Below are positions 1 to 8,614 of a stretch of DNA of 64,000 nucleotides, in pieces. Both the position numbers and the translations under genes were made by a program. The stretch is from assembly GCA_965223705.1 (NCBI GenBank), contig OZ245015.1:3520001-3584000 (forward strand). Direction: 5' to 3'. Source of the DNA: Myxococcota bacterium. GTDB taxonomy: Bacteria > Myxococcota_A > UBA9160 > UBA6930. How positions within the stretch are numbered: position 1 is the first letter of the stretch; each line of letters starts with the position of its first letter. The notes below the pieces were generated by a model. The model did no database searches, was not told the DNA's origin, and worked only from the letters and a program-made list of their open reading frames with translations.

Positions 1-62
1 TGCGGTCCCACCAGCTCCGGCAGAACAATCGAGTCGCCGTTGCCCCGGACGGGAGAAGCGTC

Positions 63-1469
63 GTGACCGATTCCCGCAGCCCCGAGCCCACCCTCCTCGA
101 TGCGATCGCCGGCTACTGCCGCGCCACCGGCCTCGCGGAGTCGACCTTCGGCCGGCAGGCGGTAAACGACGGCAAATTCGTTGCCCGGCTCCGGAATGGA
201 TCGCGCATCACGCCCGAGACGCTGACTCGCGTCACCGAGTTTCTCCGCGAACACGGGGGGCCGGAGACCAGCGCGACACCACCCGAACTGATGCCCCTAC
301 TCAAGGTCGCTTCGCCCGATCGAGCCGCGGACGGAGCCGGTGCCGCCCCGGAACGATCGTTTCGGTTCTTCGACAATCGCCAAAAGTATCTGCTGTTCGT
401 CAACACCTGCGGTGAAAAAGAGGTCGTCGCTCAACGGGTCGGTCACGAGCTCAGCCACGTTCACCCGGAGCCACCGGCGCTGCGCGTTTTTGACGCGGGG
501 ATGGGCGACGGCTCGGTGCTCGCAAACGTGATGCGCGAGATGCACCGTCGCTTCCCGACGATGCCCTTCTACATCGTCGGCAAGGAGATCAGCCTGGAAG
601 ACGTTCGGCTCTCTTTGCAGAAGGCCGTCGATCGCTTCGCCGAACACCCGGCCACGGTGCTGGTCGTGACCAACATGTACTACTCCGAGGCCCCGTGGCT
701 CACGCCCAAGAAAGTCGAAGCCGCGACCTCGATGACGTGGGAAGAGGTCCCGCTCTCGGGCACCACAGCGCATGATTTCGCCGAGCAGATCAACGCCCTC
801 GAGCCGCTGTTGACGGATTCCTGGAAAGCGCGGCACAGCCCGCGGACAGGCAACCCCATCTACGAACGCCCGACGGCGCTGGTTCTCTACCGAGAGGACT
901 ATCGCTTTCTTCTGAACGACGTCATCCCGAAGCGAGGCGCTGCGTTGGCGGATTTCGATCTGGTGATCGCTTCGCAGCCCTACCGCGCGCGCGTGAGCGC
1001 GGAATTCAAAGCGCAAAAAGTCATCGCGCCGTTGGTGCGCGCCCTTCGACCCGGCGGCCGTCTGATCGGCATTCACTCGTGCGGCGACGACCCCGGACTC
1101 GAAATCGTCCAACAGGTCTGGCCCGGCGAGGATCCGTTCATCAACGGGCGACACGATGTACTGCGCGCGCTCAAGTCCGAGCTCGGGCGCGACGCGCGTC
1201 GTTACAACTTCAATGCCTACTCGGACGCCCGAGCGCGCTTCCGCTACGAGATGCACACGCTGCCGAGCGAGGTGGAGTCGAGTATCGGCACCTCGACCCT
1301 CTTCGCCGCGTGGAACGCCGCCGTGTACGTCGCCCAAATCGACGACGAGCGGCTCGGCGCCGTCATGGGCGACCGAGGTTACTTGGACGCGACTCGCGAC
1401 GTGCTCCGACGCCACGCCAAGTTGTGGTTCCGGGATGAGTCCTACACCGTCTCGCGCAAGCGGGATTGA
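63..1469 (+). CDS. Cro-like HTH fused to class I SAM-dependent methyltransferase-like domain
   Basis: N-terminal AESTFGRQAVNDGKFVARLRNG resembles small Cro-like repressors; VFDAGMGDG motif I and later LRPGGRL; GTG start with GGGAGA RBS. Confidence 0.65.
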   Translation: MTDSRSPEPTLLDAIAGYCRATGLAESTFGRQAVNDGKFVARLRNGSRITPETLTRVTEFLREHGGPETSATPPELMPLLKVASPDRAADGAGAAPERSFRFFDNRQKYLLFVNTCGEKEVVAQRVGHELSHVHPEPPALRVFDAGMGDGSVLANVMREMHRRFPTMPFYIVGKEISLEDVRLSLQKAVDRFAEHPATVLVVTNMYYSEAPWLTPKKVEAATSMTWEEVPLSGTTAHDFAEQINALEPLLTDSWKARHSPRTGNPIYERPTALVLYREDYRFLLNDVIPKRGAALADFDLVIASQPYRARVSAEFKAQKVIAPLVRALRPGGRLIGIHSCGDDPGLEIVQQVWPGEDPFINGRHDVLRALKSELGRDARRYNFNAYSDARARFRYEMHTLPSEVESSIGTSTLFAAWNAAVYVAQIDDERLGAVMGDRGYLDATRDVLRRHAKLWFRDESYTVSRKRD

Positions 1470-1479
1470 GGCCGGCGAT

Positions 1480-2373
1480 TTGACCGAGAGCGCGGAGGCT
1501 CGAGCGGAAGAACGAGGACGACCTTCGCGAATTCGCGACATCAAGGCGCGGCTCGTCGCACGCGGATCGGTCGAAGTCGCTGCGGGCCGGCTCCGAAAGC
1601 TCGGCGAGTCGGTGCCGCTTCTCCCGGAAGGCTGCTCTGCGTACGTGCCCGCTCTGCCGGGTCAATCCTTCGACACGACCCTCGCGACGATCACCGCCCT
1701 TCGCGCCGCGGGGCTTCACCCGGTCCCGCATCTCGCCGCGCGCCAGGTCACATCGCGCGACGCCCTCCGAGCGTTCCTGCGCTCAGCGGTACGCGAAGCC
1801 GGAGTTCGCCGGGTCATGTTGGTCGGAGGGGATTCGCGAGAGTCGGGAATCTACCGCGATAGTCACGAGCTGTTGCGCGACGGCGTGCTCGCGAGTGAGG
1901 GTGTCGTCGAGATCGGGCTCGCGGGCTATCCCGAGGGCCACCCCTTCCACGGCGATGGCTTGTCGCTGCTCGCTGAGAAAGTGAACCTCGCGAGCGACCA
2001 AGGGTTGGACGCCTCCGTCGTCACGCAGTTTTCCTTTGCACCCGAACGCGTCGCGGCGTTCGCGCGCGAATCGGAAGAGCGGCTTCCCCGCGTGCCGCTG
2101 CACATTGGTATCGCGGGACCCACCGATCCCGTGGCGCTGCTTCGCTACGCGAAGCGCTGCGGCGTAGACGCTTCGCGCCGGGCGGCTCGACACCTCGGTC
2201 TCGGTGCTGCGCGCCTCGCCTTTCACACCGATCCCAGCGAACAGCTCGACGAGCTCGCCCGTCTCTGCGACGAGCGGCCCCATCACTCCGTCGCGGGTGC
2301 CCACTTTTTCGGCTTTGGCGGCTTGCTGCGAACTGCGCGGTTCATGGACGGCGTCGCGCGGGCGTCCCAGTAG
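1480..2373 (+). CDS. metF: Methylenetetrahydrofolate reductase (MetF-like)
   Basis: PVPHLAAR, LVGGD, GYPEGHP, VTQFSF motifs; likely TTG start at 1480 inside ORF 1156..2373. Confidence 0.8.
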   Translation: MTESAEARAEERGRPSRIRDIKARLVARGSVEVAAGRLRKLGESVPLLPEGCSAYVPALPGQSFDTTLATITALRAAGLHPVPHLAARQVTSRDALRAFLRSAVREAGVRRVMLVGGDSRESGIYRDSHELLRDGVLASEGVVEIGLAGYPEGHPFHGDGLSLLAEKVNLASDQGLDASVVTQFSFAPERVAAFARESEERLPRVPLHIGIAGPTDPVALLRYAKRCGVDASRRAARHLGLGAARLAFHTDPSEQLDELARLCDERPHHSVAGAHFFGFGGLLRTARFMDGVARASQ

Positions 2374-2375
2374 CT

Positions 2376-2489
2376 TCAATCGAGCTCTTCAACAAAGCGT
2401 TCGATTCGGCGTGCCACTTCCGCAGTGCCGTCGCCGAGAACGATCGTGTAGTGGTTCGTATCCGCGAGCGGTCGAACGCTCGGGACGCC
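2376..2489 (-). pseudogene. 3' remnant of an alpha/beta hydrolase
   Basis: Manual translation GVPSVRPLADTNHYTIVLGDGTAEVARRIERFVEELD*, resembling the catalytic-His C-terminus; no start codon; directly follows the 2Fe-2S gene stop. Confidence 0.5.
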
Positions 2490-2969
2490 CTACTCGGTTC
2501 CGTCTCTCATCTTCTCCGCAGCGGCAAGAACGGAATCGACGATGAAGTGATACCCGGTACAGCGACACAGGTTTCCTGCGATGGCGTGACGCACGTCGCC
2601 CTCACTGGGATTCGGGTTGTCGCGCAAGAGCTGGAGCGACGAGAGAATCATCCCCGGCGTGCAGTAGCCACACTGAAGCCCTTGGTGCGTCGCGAAGGCC
2701 TCTTGCACCGGATGGAGCGCCGCTCCGTCCGCAACGCCTTCGATCGTCATCACGTCTTGCCCGTTGGCGTCGAGCGCGAGAACACAGCACGACTTTGTCG
2801 TTTCCCCGTTCAGCATCACGGTGCAAGCCCCACAGCTGCCTGTACCGCACCCGATGTGAGTGCCCGTCAGACGCAGTTCATCACGAAGGACTTCGGCCAG
2901 CACGGCGCGCGAATCGACGAGAAGCTGCTCGCGGCGCCCGTTTACGGTCAATTCGAGGACGGACTTCAA
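2490..2969 (-). CDS. Molybdenum hydroxylase 2Fe-2S subunit (CoxS/XdhC family)
   Basis: GCGTGSCGACTV, QCGYCTPG, GNLCRCTGY. Confidence 0.93.
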   Translation of the reverse strand: MKSVLELTVNGRREQLLVDSRAVLAEVLRDELRLTGTHIGCGTGSCGACTVMLNGETTKSCCVLALDANGQDVMTIEGVADGAALHPVQEAFATHQGLQCGYCTPGMILSSLQLLRDNPNPSEGDVRHAIAGNLCRCTGYHFIVDSVLAAAEKMRDGTE

Positions 2970-3820
2970 GCGTCGCTCCCGGATCGTTCGAGCGCCTTGC
3001 GAAGCGCTCGCTGGCTATAGAGGCGCGCCATCTCTCGGCGGTACGGTGTGCTTCCGTTGAGATCCTCAAGTGCCGATGCCGCCGCCGCAAACGCGCGCTC
3101 GCCAACCGCGGCGAACGCCTCATCGTTCGGGTCGGACGCGACGACATCCGAAACATCCAGCAAGACCGGGATGGGGCCTACGCCGCCCAGCGCGACCCGA
3201 GCCCGGCGGCCGGGCTCGAACAGAGCCGACGCGGTCACGATCGGGAAAGCGCCCTCGACACGACGCAGCCGTTCGTGAGCGGTCCCGGCGTCCGCGGACA
3301 CTTTCGGAATCTCTACCTCGACCAATAGCTCGTCGGGCGAGAGGCACGTGGTCATGATGTCCGTAAAGAAATCGTACGCTTCGACCACGCGCTCTTCGCC
3401 CTGGCGGGCGAGTCGAAAACGTGCGCCGAGGACGAGCATCGCCGGCGGGTAATCGGCCGCCGGGTCGGCGTGGGCGAGGCTGCCACCGAGGGTGCCCCGA
3501 TTCCGAATCTGGACATCGCCGATACTCGCGGCGGCTTCCGCAAGCAGGGACGCGTGCGTCCGAATCAGCGGATCCGTTGCGACGCTCTTGTGCCGAAGCA
3601 GCGCACCGAGGTGGAGCGTACCGGACGCCTCCTTCACACCGTCTAAACCGGGAAGATGATTGAGGCTCACCACTGCGGACGGGTGGGCCAAACCGAGGCC
3701 CATGACGGGAACCAGGCTCATGCCCCCGGCGAGGACCTTGGCTTCATCGTGACGCGCCAACAGCTCGAGCGCTTCATCGAGCGCTTGTGGCGCGAAGAAC
3801 TCGAATTCGGCGCCGATCAC
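2966..3820 (-). CDS. Molybdenum hydroxylase FAD-binding subunit (CoxM family)
   Basis: KVLAGGMSL, QIRNRGTLGGSLAHADPAAD; GTG start overlaps the large-subunit TGA. Confidence 0.9.
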   Translation of the reverse strand: MIGAEFEFFAPQALDEALELLARHDEAKVLAGGMSLVPVMGLGLAHPSAVVSLNHLPGLDGVKEASGTLHLGALLRHKSVATDPLIRTHASLLAEAAASIGDVQIRNRGTLGGSLAHADPAADYPPAMLVLGARFRLARQGEERVVEAYDFFTDIMTTCLSPDELLVEVEIPKVSADAGTAHERLRRVEGAFPIVTASALFEPGRRARVALGGVGPIPVLLDVSDVVASDPNDEAFAAVGERAFAAAASALEDLNGSTPYRREMARLYSQRALRKALERSGSDA

Positions 3821-6201
3821 GCCGAGCGCTCCTGCGCTTTGGCGATCGCCGCCCATAGCTTCTCAGGTGTCAAGGGCAACGCGTCGATGCGAACGTCAAA
3901 CTCTGCGAGCGCACTCTCGATCGCGCCGCACAGTGCTCCCAGTGGACCACTGACGCCCGACTCGCCGACGCCCTTCATGCCGAGAGGCGAAAACGGCGAA
4001 GGCGTCTCCTGGTGCGCGATCTCATACTTCGGCAACTCGACTGCCGTCGGGAGCGTGTAGTCCATGAATGTCGTGGTGAGGAGCTGCCCGCCTTCGTCGT
4101 AGACAAGCTGTTCGTAGAGTGCGCCGCCGATTCCCTGCGCCGTGGCGCCGTGAACATTGGCTTCGGCCGTCAGCGGATTGATGACAACTCCGGAGTCGTG
4201 CACGCCGCAGTAGCGGAGCACCTTCACCATGCCGGTCTCCGGATCGACCTCGACGATGCAGGCCACGGATTGGTTCGGCCACGCGGGGTACGCGTTGTAG
4301 CGCCCCTGGGTCTCGGGCTGGTGGTAGATGTTGCCGTGCCGGAAATAGCGCGTCGATTCGAGCCCGGGCTCTTCTTCCAGAGCCGCCGCTCCGTGGCAAT
4401 CGCGGTAGACCTCGGAGACGACATCCTTGATGGAAATGAACCGCGCCGGCGCGCCCCGGAGGACGATCCGTCCGCGCTCGACCTCGAGGTCTTCCGTCGC
4501 AACTTCGAGCATTCTTCCCGCGACGCGCAGGAGCTTCTCCCGGAGTTCTGTCGCGGCCATGTGTGCCGCCGAGCCACCCATCATCACGCCTCGTGAGCTG
4601 TAGTTGCCGAGCCCGTAGGGGCAGCTTTCTGTGTCGCCCTGAATGACGCGCACTTGCTCGAGATCGACACCCAAGGTGTCGGCGGTGATTTGAGCGATGG
4701 CGGTCTCGTTGCCGCTGCCCGGCGACGTCACGCCGGTCAGGACGGTGACTTCGGACGAAGGACTGATGCGCACCGTGGCGCCGTCGTATGCGCCGAACAT
4801 CTGGGAACCCGAAAGTCCGCAGCCCTCGGGCGTGAGTTCTTGTCCCAAACCGATGCCGACAAATCGACCTTCGGCGCGTGCCTCCGCCTGCAGCTTCGGG
4901 AACCCTTCGTAGTCGACCAGCTCGAGCAAGCTTCGAAGCGCCTTCGGGTAGTCGCCGCTATCGATGACCGCGCCGGAGTTCTGCGGGTAGGGAAACTCAT
5001 CGGGCTGGATGAAGTTGCGCAGTCGAACCTCCGCCCGGTCGAGCCCCGTCTCACGCGACACGGCGTCCATCACGCGGTCCATCAAGAACGCGCAGGATTC
5101 TTTGCCGTAGCCGCGGTAGGCGTTCCAAGGACACTTGTTCGTCGCGACGGAAAACAACTCGACGTCTGTGTTCTTGATCTTGTACGCCCCCGGAAGGGCG
5201 AACGCCGTCACGAAGGACATCCCCCACCCCGCCAGTGCGGAAGGTGCGCCGACGTCGGCGACGTAGCGAACACGTAGCGCGGTCACGCGGCCGTCCGCCT
5301 CGTAGGCAGCCGACCAGCGGAAATGGCCCTCTCGCGCGTGGCCCCCGGCGAGGAGATCCTCGTGGCGCTCGGCGACCCAGCGCACCGGGCGGCCGAGCAG
5401 GCGAGAGAGTTGTGCGATGAGGGGTTCTTCCTGGAAGTACGGAATCTTCAAGCCGAATGCACCGCCGACATTCGGCTGCACGACGCGCACGCGGTTCTCG
5501 GCCAAGCCGAGGGTCGCCGCGAGGAGGGTACGCAGCGGGTGCGGGTTTTGGGTCGACGCCCAGAATGTGAGCTCGCCTCGATGCGGGTCGTAGTCCGCCA
5601 AATAGGCGCGCGGTTCGAGTGCAGCGCCGGTGTAGCGGTGATGACGCAGCTCGCCTTCCACTGCGTGTGGGGCCTGAGCAAACGCGGCGTCGACATCACC
5701 GGCTTCAAACCGCGTGTGGAAGAGCACGTTATCGCCCCAGTCGGGCTCGACCAACGCCGACCCTTCCTCGAGCGCACGGTGCGCATCGACGACGGCTTCG
5801 CTTTCCTCGTAGTCGATGTCGACGAGCGATGCGGCGTGCTTCGCGGTGTAGGGATCGTCGGCCACCACCGCGACGACCCCCTCTCCCGAGAACCGGACGC
5901 GGCCGCGCGCAAGCGGATACACGCCGGCCTTCTTGTAATCGACGCCGGCTCCCATCGCCTCGACATCGAGAGGCGCGATTTGTTCGGCGATTTCGTCGCC
6001 GGTCACGACGAGAAGGACGCCGGGGATGTCCTTCGCCTCACGGCTGTCGATGCTGCGGATCCTCCCGGCGGCGATCGGCGCGCGCACGATCGAGACGTGG
6101 GCCATGCGGTCGAGCTTGACGTCTGCCACGTAGGTCCCTGCGCCGGCGACGAGCTTCCGGCTCGTCATCGCGGGGACGTGGGCTCCGACGAGGGGCTTCA
6201 T
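3817..6201 (-). CDS. Xanthine dehydrogenase-family molybdopterin-binding subunit (CoxL-like, not form I CODH)
   Basis: VGGAFGLK, AYRGYGK, MKGVGESG; ATG 6201 coupled to the cupin stop. Confidence 0.9.
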   Translation of the reverse strand: MKPLVGAHVPAMTSRKLVAGAGTYVADVKLDRMAHVSIVRAPIAAGRIRSIDSREAKDIPGVLLVVTGDEIAEQIAPLDVEAMGAGVDYKKAGVYPLARGRVRFSGEGVVAVVADDPYTAKHAASLVDIDYEESEAVVDAHRALEEGSALVEPDWGDNVLFHTRFEAGDVDAAFAQAPHAVEGELRHHRYTGAALEPRAYLADYDPHRGELTFWASTQNPHPLRTLLAATLGLAENRVRVVQPNVGGAFGLKIPYFQEEPLIAQLSRLLGRPVRWVAERHEDLLAGGHAREGHFRWSAAYEADGRVTALRVRYVADVGAPSALAGWGMSFVTAFALPGAYKIKNTDVELFSVATNKCPWNAYRGYGKESCAFLMDRVMDAVSRETGLDRAEVRLRNFIQPDEFPYPQNSGAVIDSGDYPKALRSLLELVDYEGFPKLQAEARAEGRFVGIGLGQELTPEGCGLSGSQMFGAYDGATVRISPSSEVTVLTGVTSPGSGNETAIAQITADTLGVDLEQVRVIQGDTESCPYGLGNYSSRGVMMGGSAAHMAATELREKLLRVAGRMLEVATEDLEVERGRIVLRGAPARFISIKDVVSEVYRDCHGAAALEEEPGLESTRYFRHGNIYHQPETQGRYNAYPAWPNQSVACIVEVDPETGMVKVLRYCGVHDSGVVINPLTAEANVHGATAQGIGGALYEQLVYDEGGQLLTTTFMDYTLPTAVELPKYEIAHQETPSPFSPLGMKGVGESGVSGPLGALCGAIESALAEFDVRIDALPLTPEKLWAAIAKAQERSA

Positions 6202-6734
6202 GCGAGGGGCGCCGCGTTCACCAAGATGAAGGCGACACGACACGGCGCATCGTTCCGAACGCTCCAAGAATGCATCGTTCCGCGCTGCACGAGCACGTCC
6301 CCCGCTTTGAGGCAGGTCTCGCCCTCTTCCATCACCGCCCAGACTTCGCCTTCGAGGACGATGGCGTAGTCCGTCGTCGTGGTGACGTGCATCATCGGAT
6401 CGTCGCTGCCTTCGGCGACGGCGTGTCCCGCGCCGATCGAATCGAACCCTTCGTGCCCGGACGTGACGTTGTCCTTCCAAGTCGAATCCGGAGGAAATTC
6501 GACGACGCGAAAGACCGTGCCGTTCGGCGGTGGCTCGAGGCGGATCGGTCGGTCGGCGTTGTCCGCGTCGCCGCTGTTGTCCGCGGGGGCGCCCTTCGTC
6601 TCCCAAAGGTCGGTCACGAGGAGCCCGGGCATCGCAGCCATCTCCATAGAATTCGGCGCCGGGCCGTCTTTCAAGATGATGGATTTACCCTGTGCGTTGT
6701 GACCCGTGATAACGCGTCGGACTTGCTTTGCCAT
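6198..6734 (-). CDS. Cupin domain protein
   Basis: RRVITGH N-terminus, MHVTTTTDY and GDVLVQRGTMHSW. Confidence 0.85.
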   Translation of the reverse strand: MAKQVRRVITGHNAQGKSIILKDGPAPNSMEMAAMPGLLVTDLWETKGAPADNSGDADNADRPIRLEPPPNGTVFRVVEFPPDSTWKDNVTSGHEGFDSIGAGHAVAEGSDDPMMHVTTTTDYAIVLEGEVWAVMEEGETCLKAGDVLVQRGTMHSWSVRNDAPCRVAFILVNAAPLA

Positions 6735-6828
6735 GATCTCTCCTAACCCTGACGGCGGGCATCCAGCGCGCCGTTTGCTTTGCACTCACACGCTGGCGCA
6801 GGACGCCGAGCGCTGCCAGAGGAGACCC

Positions 6829-7242
6829 TCACCTACCGCTCCTCTTGTTGAATCCGGACCCGTATGGGAAGTCGACGAGACCGGTGTCGAGCTTCTCGCG
6901 ATCGAAGGTCCAGTATTGGCGGATCTCTGCGATTCGGTCGTCCTCGAAGCGGTAGTGCTCCGAGCCACGAACCGCGAAATCTCCGTGGGCCGAGCGACCC
7001 GTCATGGTCCACTCGATTGCCGCGGTGTCGCCGTCGCTCACACAGGTATCGACGAGCCACACCGCACCTTCCCAGCGGTCGCGCACCTTCGCCCAGAATC
7101 CGCCGATGGTCGCGGCGCCGCGGACCGGCGGGTGGTTCGTGTCGAACACGACCGCGTCCCTCGTAAAATGCGAAGCGATGTCGTCCGCGGTGCCTTCGGA
7201 ACACGCGCGAAAGTACGCTTCGATGCGTTCACGATGTGTCAT
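6829..7242 (-). CDS. NTF2/SnoaL-like protein
   Basis: 137 aa; FTRDAVVFD...GDTAAIEW...RIAEIRQYW pattern. Confidence 0.8.
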   Translation of the reverse strand: MTHRERIEAYFRACSEGTADDIASHFTRDAVVFDTNHPPVRGAATIGGFWAKVRDRWEGAVWLVDTCVSDGDTAAIEWTMTGRSAHGDFAVRGSEHYRFEDDRIAEIRQYWTFDREKLDTGLVDFPYGSGFNKRSGR

Positions 7243-7297
7243 TCTGATAATCTACCTCGAAGAGGACGTCTTCAGCCTCCTTCTACGCGAGGACGCG

Positions 7298-8593
7298 ATG
7301 AGCGAACGACGTGACACGCCGGGTTGCCCGATGAGCGCTGCAGCCCGGAACTTCGACCCCTATGACGAGGACTACCTGCAAGATCCGTATCCACACTTGC
7401 GGGCCGTCCGAGAACAAGAGCCGGTATTCTACGCCCCGGACCTCGATTACTGGATTGTATCCCGGCACGAGGACGTGAAGCGCTGCTTCATGGATCAAGA
7501 CGCTTTCTCCGCGGCGCCGGCGCTCGACACGATCGTCCCGCCCTTCCCGTCGACGATCGAGATCATGCAGAAGTACCAGCTCGCGCCCGGTCCATCGATG
7601 GTCAACGAGGACCCGCCGCTCCACCGTCCGCGGCGTCAGCGCTGTCAAAAGGCCTTCTCGCGACAGCGCATCCATGCCCTCGAACCCTTTGTCCGTGACC
7701 TCGCAACCCGCTTCATCGATCGGTTCGTAAAACGCGGTGAGGCGGATCTCGTGGCCGAACTCTTCTACGAGCTCCCGGCATTGGTCGTGTTCAAACTGTT
7801 CGGCATTCCCGACGATGAAGTCGAAGAGGTCAAAGCCTACGCCGGACCGCTGGCACTTTTTGGCTGGGGCAAGCCGAGCGAAGCCGAACAGAACCGTTTG
7901 GTCGAGATGGTCGGTCAGTACTACCAGTACGCCTGTCGGCATCTTGAACGGCTGAAGGAGAACCTCGGCGACGATATTGCAAGCGACATGCTGCGCGCTC
8001 ACCAGGAAGATCCCGAAACCTGGCCGATCTCCTACATCGCGTTTTTGCTTCCGAACTTTCTCTATGCCGGGCACGAGACGACGACCAGTCAATCCGGCAA
8101 CGCGCTGCGGATTCTTCTCGAGCACCCCGACCAGTGGGAGCGCTTGTGCGGAGATCCGTCCCTCGCGGAGAGCGCGGTGGATGAGTGCATCCGCGCGGTT
8201 TCGTCGGTGATTGCGTGGAGGCGCCGCACGAAGAAGGACGTCACCGTCCGCGGCGTCGACATTCCGGCGGGAGCGAACTTGCTGATCTACAGCGGCGCCG
8301 CCAACCGCGACGAGAACGTGTTCGAGGACCCCGATCGCTTCGACATTACCCGAGAGAACGCGAGACAGTCGCTGTCGTTTGGCTTCGGTGCGCACCTGTG
8401 CATGGGGGCGCCGCTCGCGCGGATGGAGCTCAAGGTGATGCTCGAAGAGTTCTCGCGCCGCCTGCCGCACATGCAGCTCGTCGAGGGGCAGTCGTGGTCG
8501 TACTCGGCGAACACCTCGTTCCGCGGCCCTCAGCGGTTGTTGGTGCGCTGGGACGCCGAAGCGAACCCGGTTGCCGCGGACCGCCCGTCGTAA
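7298..8593 (+). CDS. Cytochrome P450 (CYP116/ThcB-like heme domain, no fused reductase)
   Basis: AGHETT, ECIR, FGFGAHLCMG; GCP N-terminus, SVIAWRR, NTSFRGP. Confidence 0.92.
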   Translation: MSERRDTPGCPMSAAARNFDPYDEDYLQDPYPHLRAVREQEPVFYAPDLDYWIVSRHEDVKRCFMDQDAFSAAPALDTIVPPFPSTIEIMQKYQLAPGPSMVNEDPPLHRPRRQRCQKAFSRQRIHALEPFVRDLATRFIDRFVKRGEADLVAELFYELPALVVFKLFGIPDDEVEEVKAYAGPLALFGWGKPSEAEQNRLVEMVGQYYQYACRHLERLKENLGDDIASDMLRAHQEDPETWPISYIAFLLPNFLYAGHETTTSQSGNALRILLEHPDQWERLCGDPSLAESAVDECIRAVSSVIAWRRRTKKDVTVRGVDIPAGANLLIYSGAANRDENVFEDPDRFDITRENARQSLSFGFGAHLCMGAPLARMELKVMLEEFSRRLPHMQLVEGQSWSYSANTSFRGPQRLLVRWDAEANPVAADRPS

Positions 8594-8614
8594 ACGGCCC
8601 GTGCGGCGGCGCTG

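Noticed and set aside
2490..2492. Programmed UAG read-through (pyrrolysine) into the hydrolase-like tail
   Set aside because: The 2Fe-2S subunit is full length at the TAG; no pyl genes; a one-in-three chance of being in frame suffices
3817..6201. Aerobic CO dehydrogenase
   Set aside because: Lacks the AYxCSFR copper-binding loop, M-S-L order and accessory cox genes
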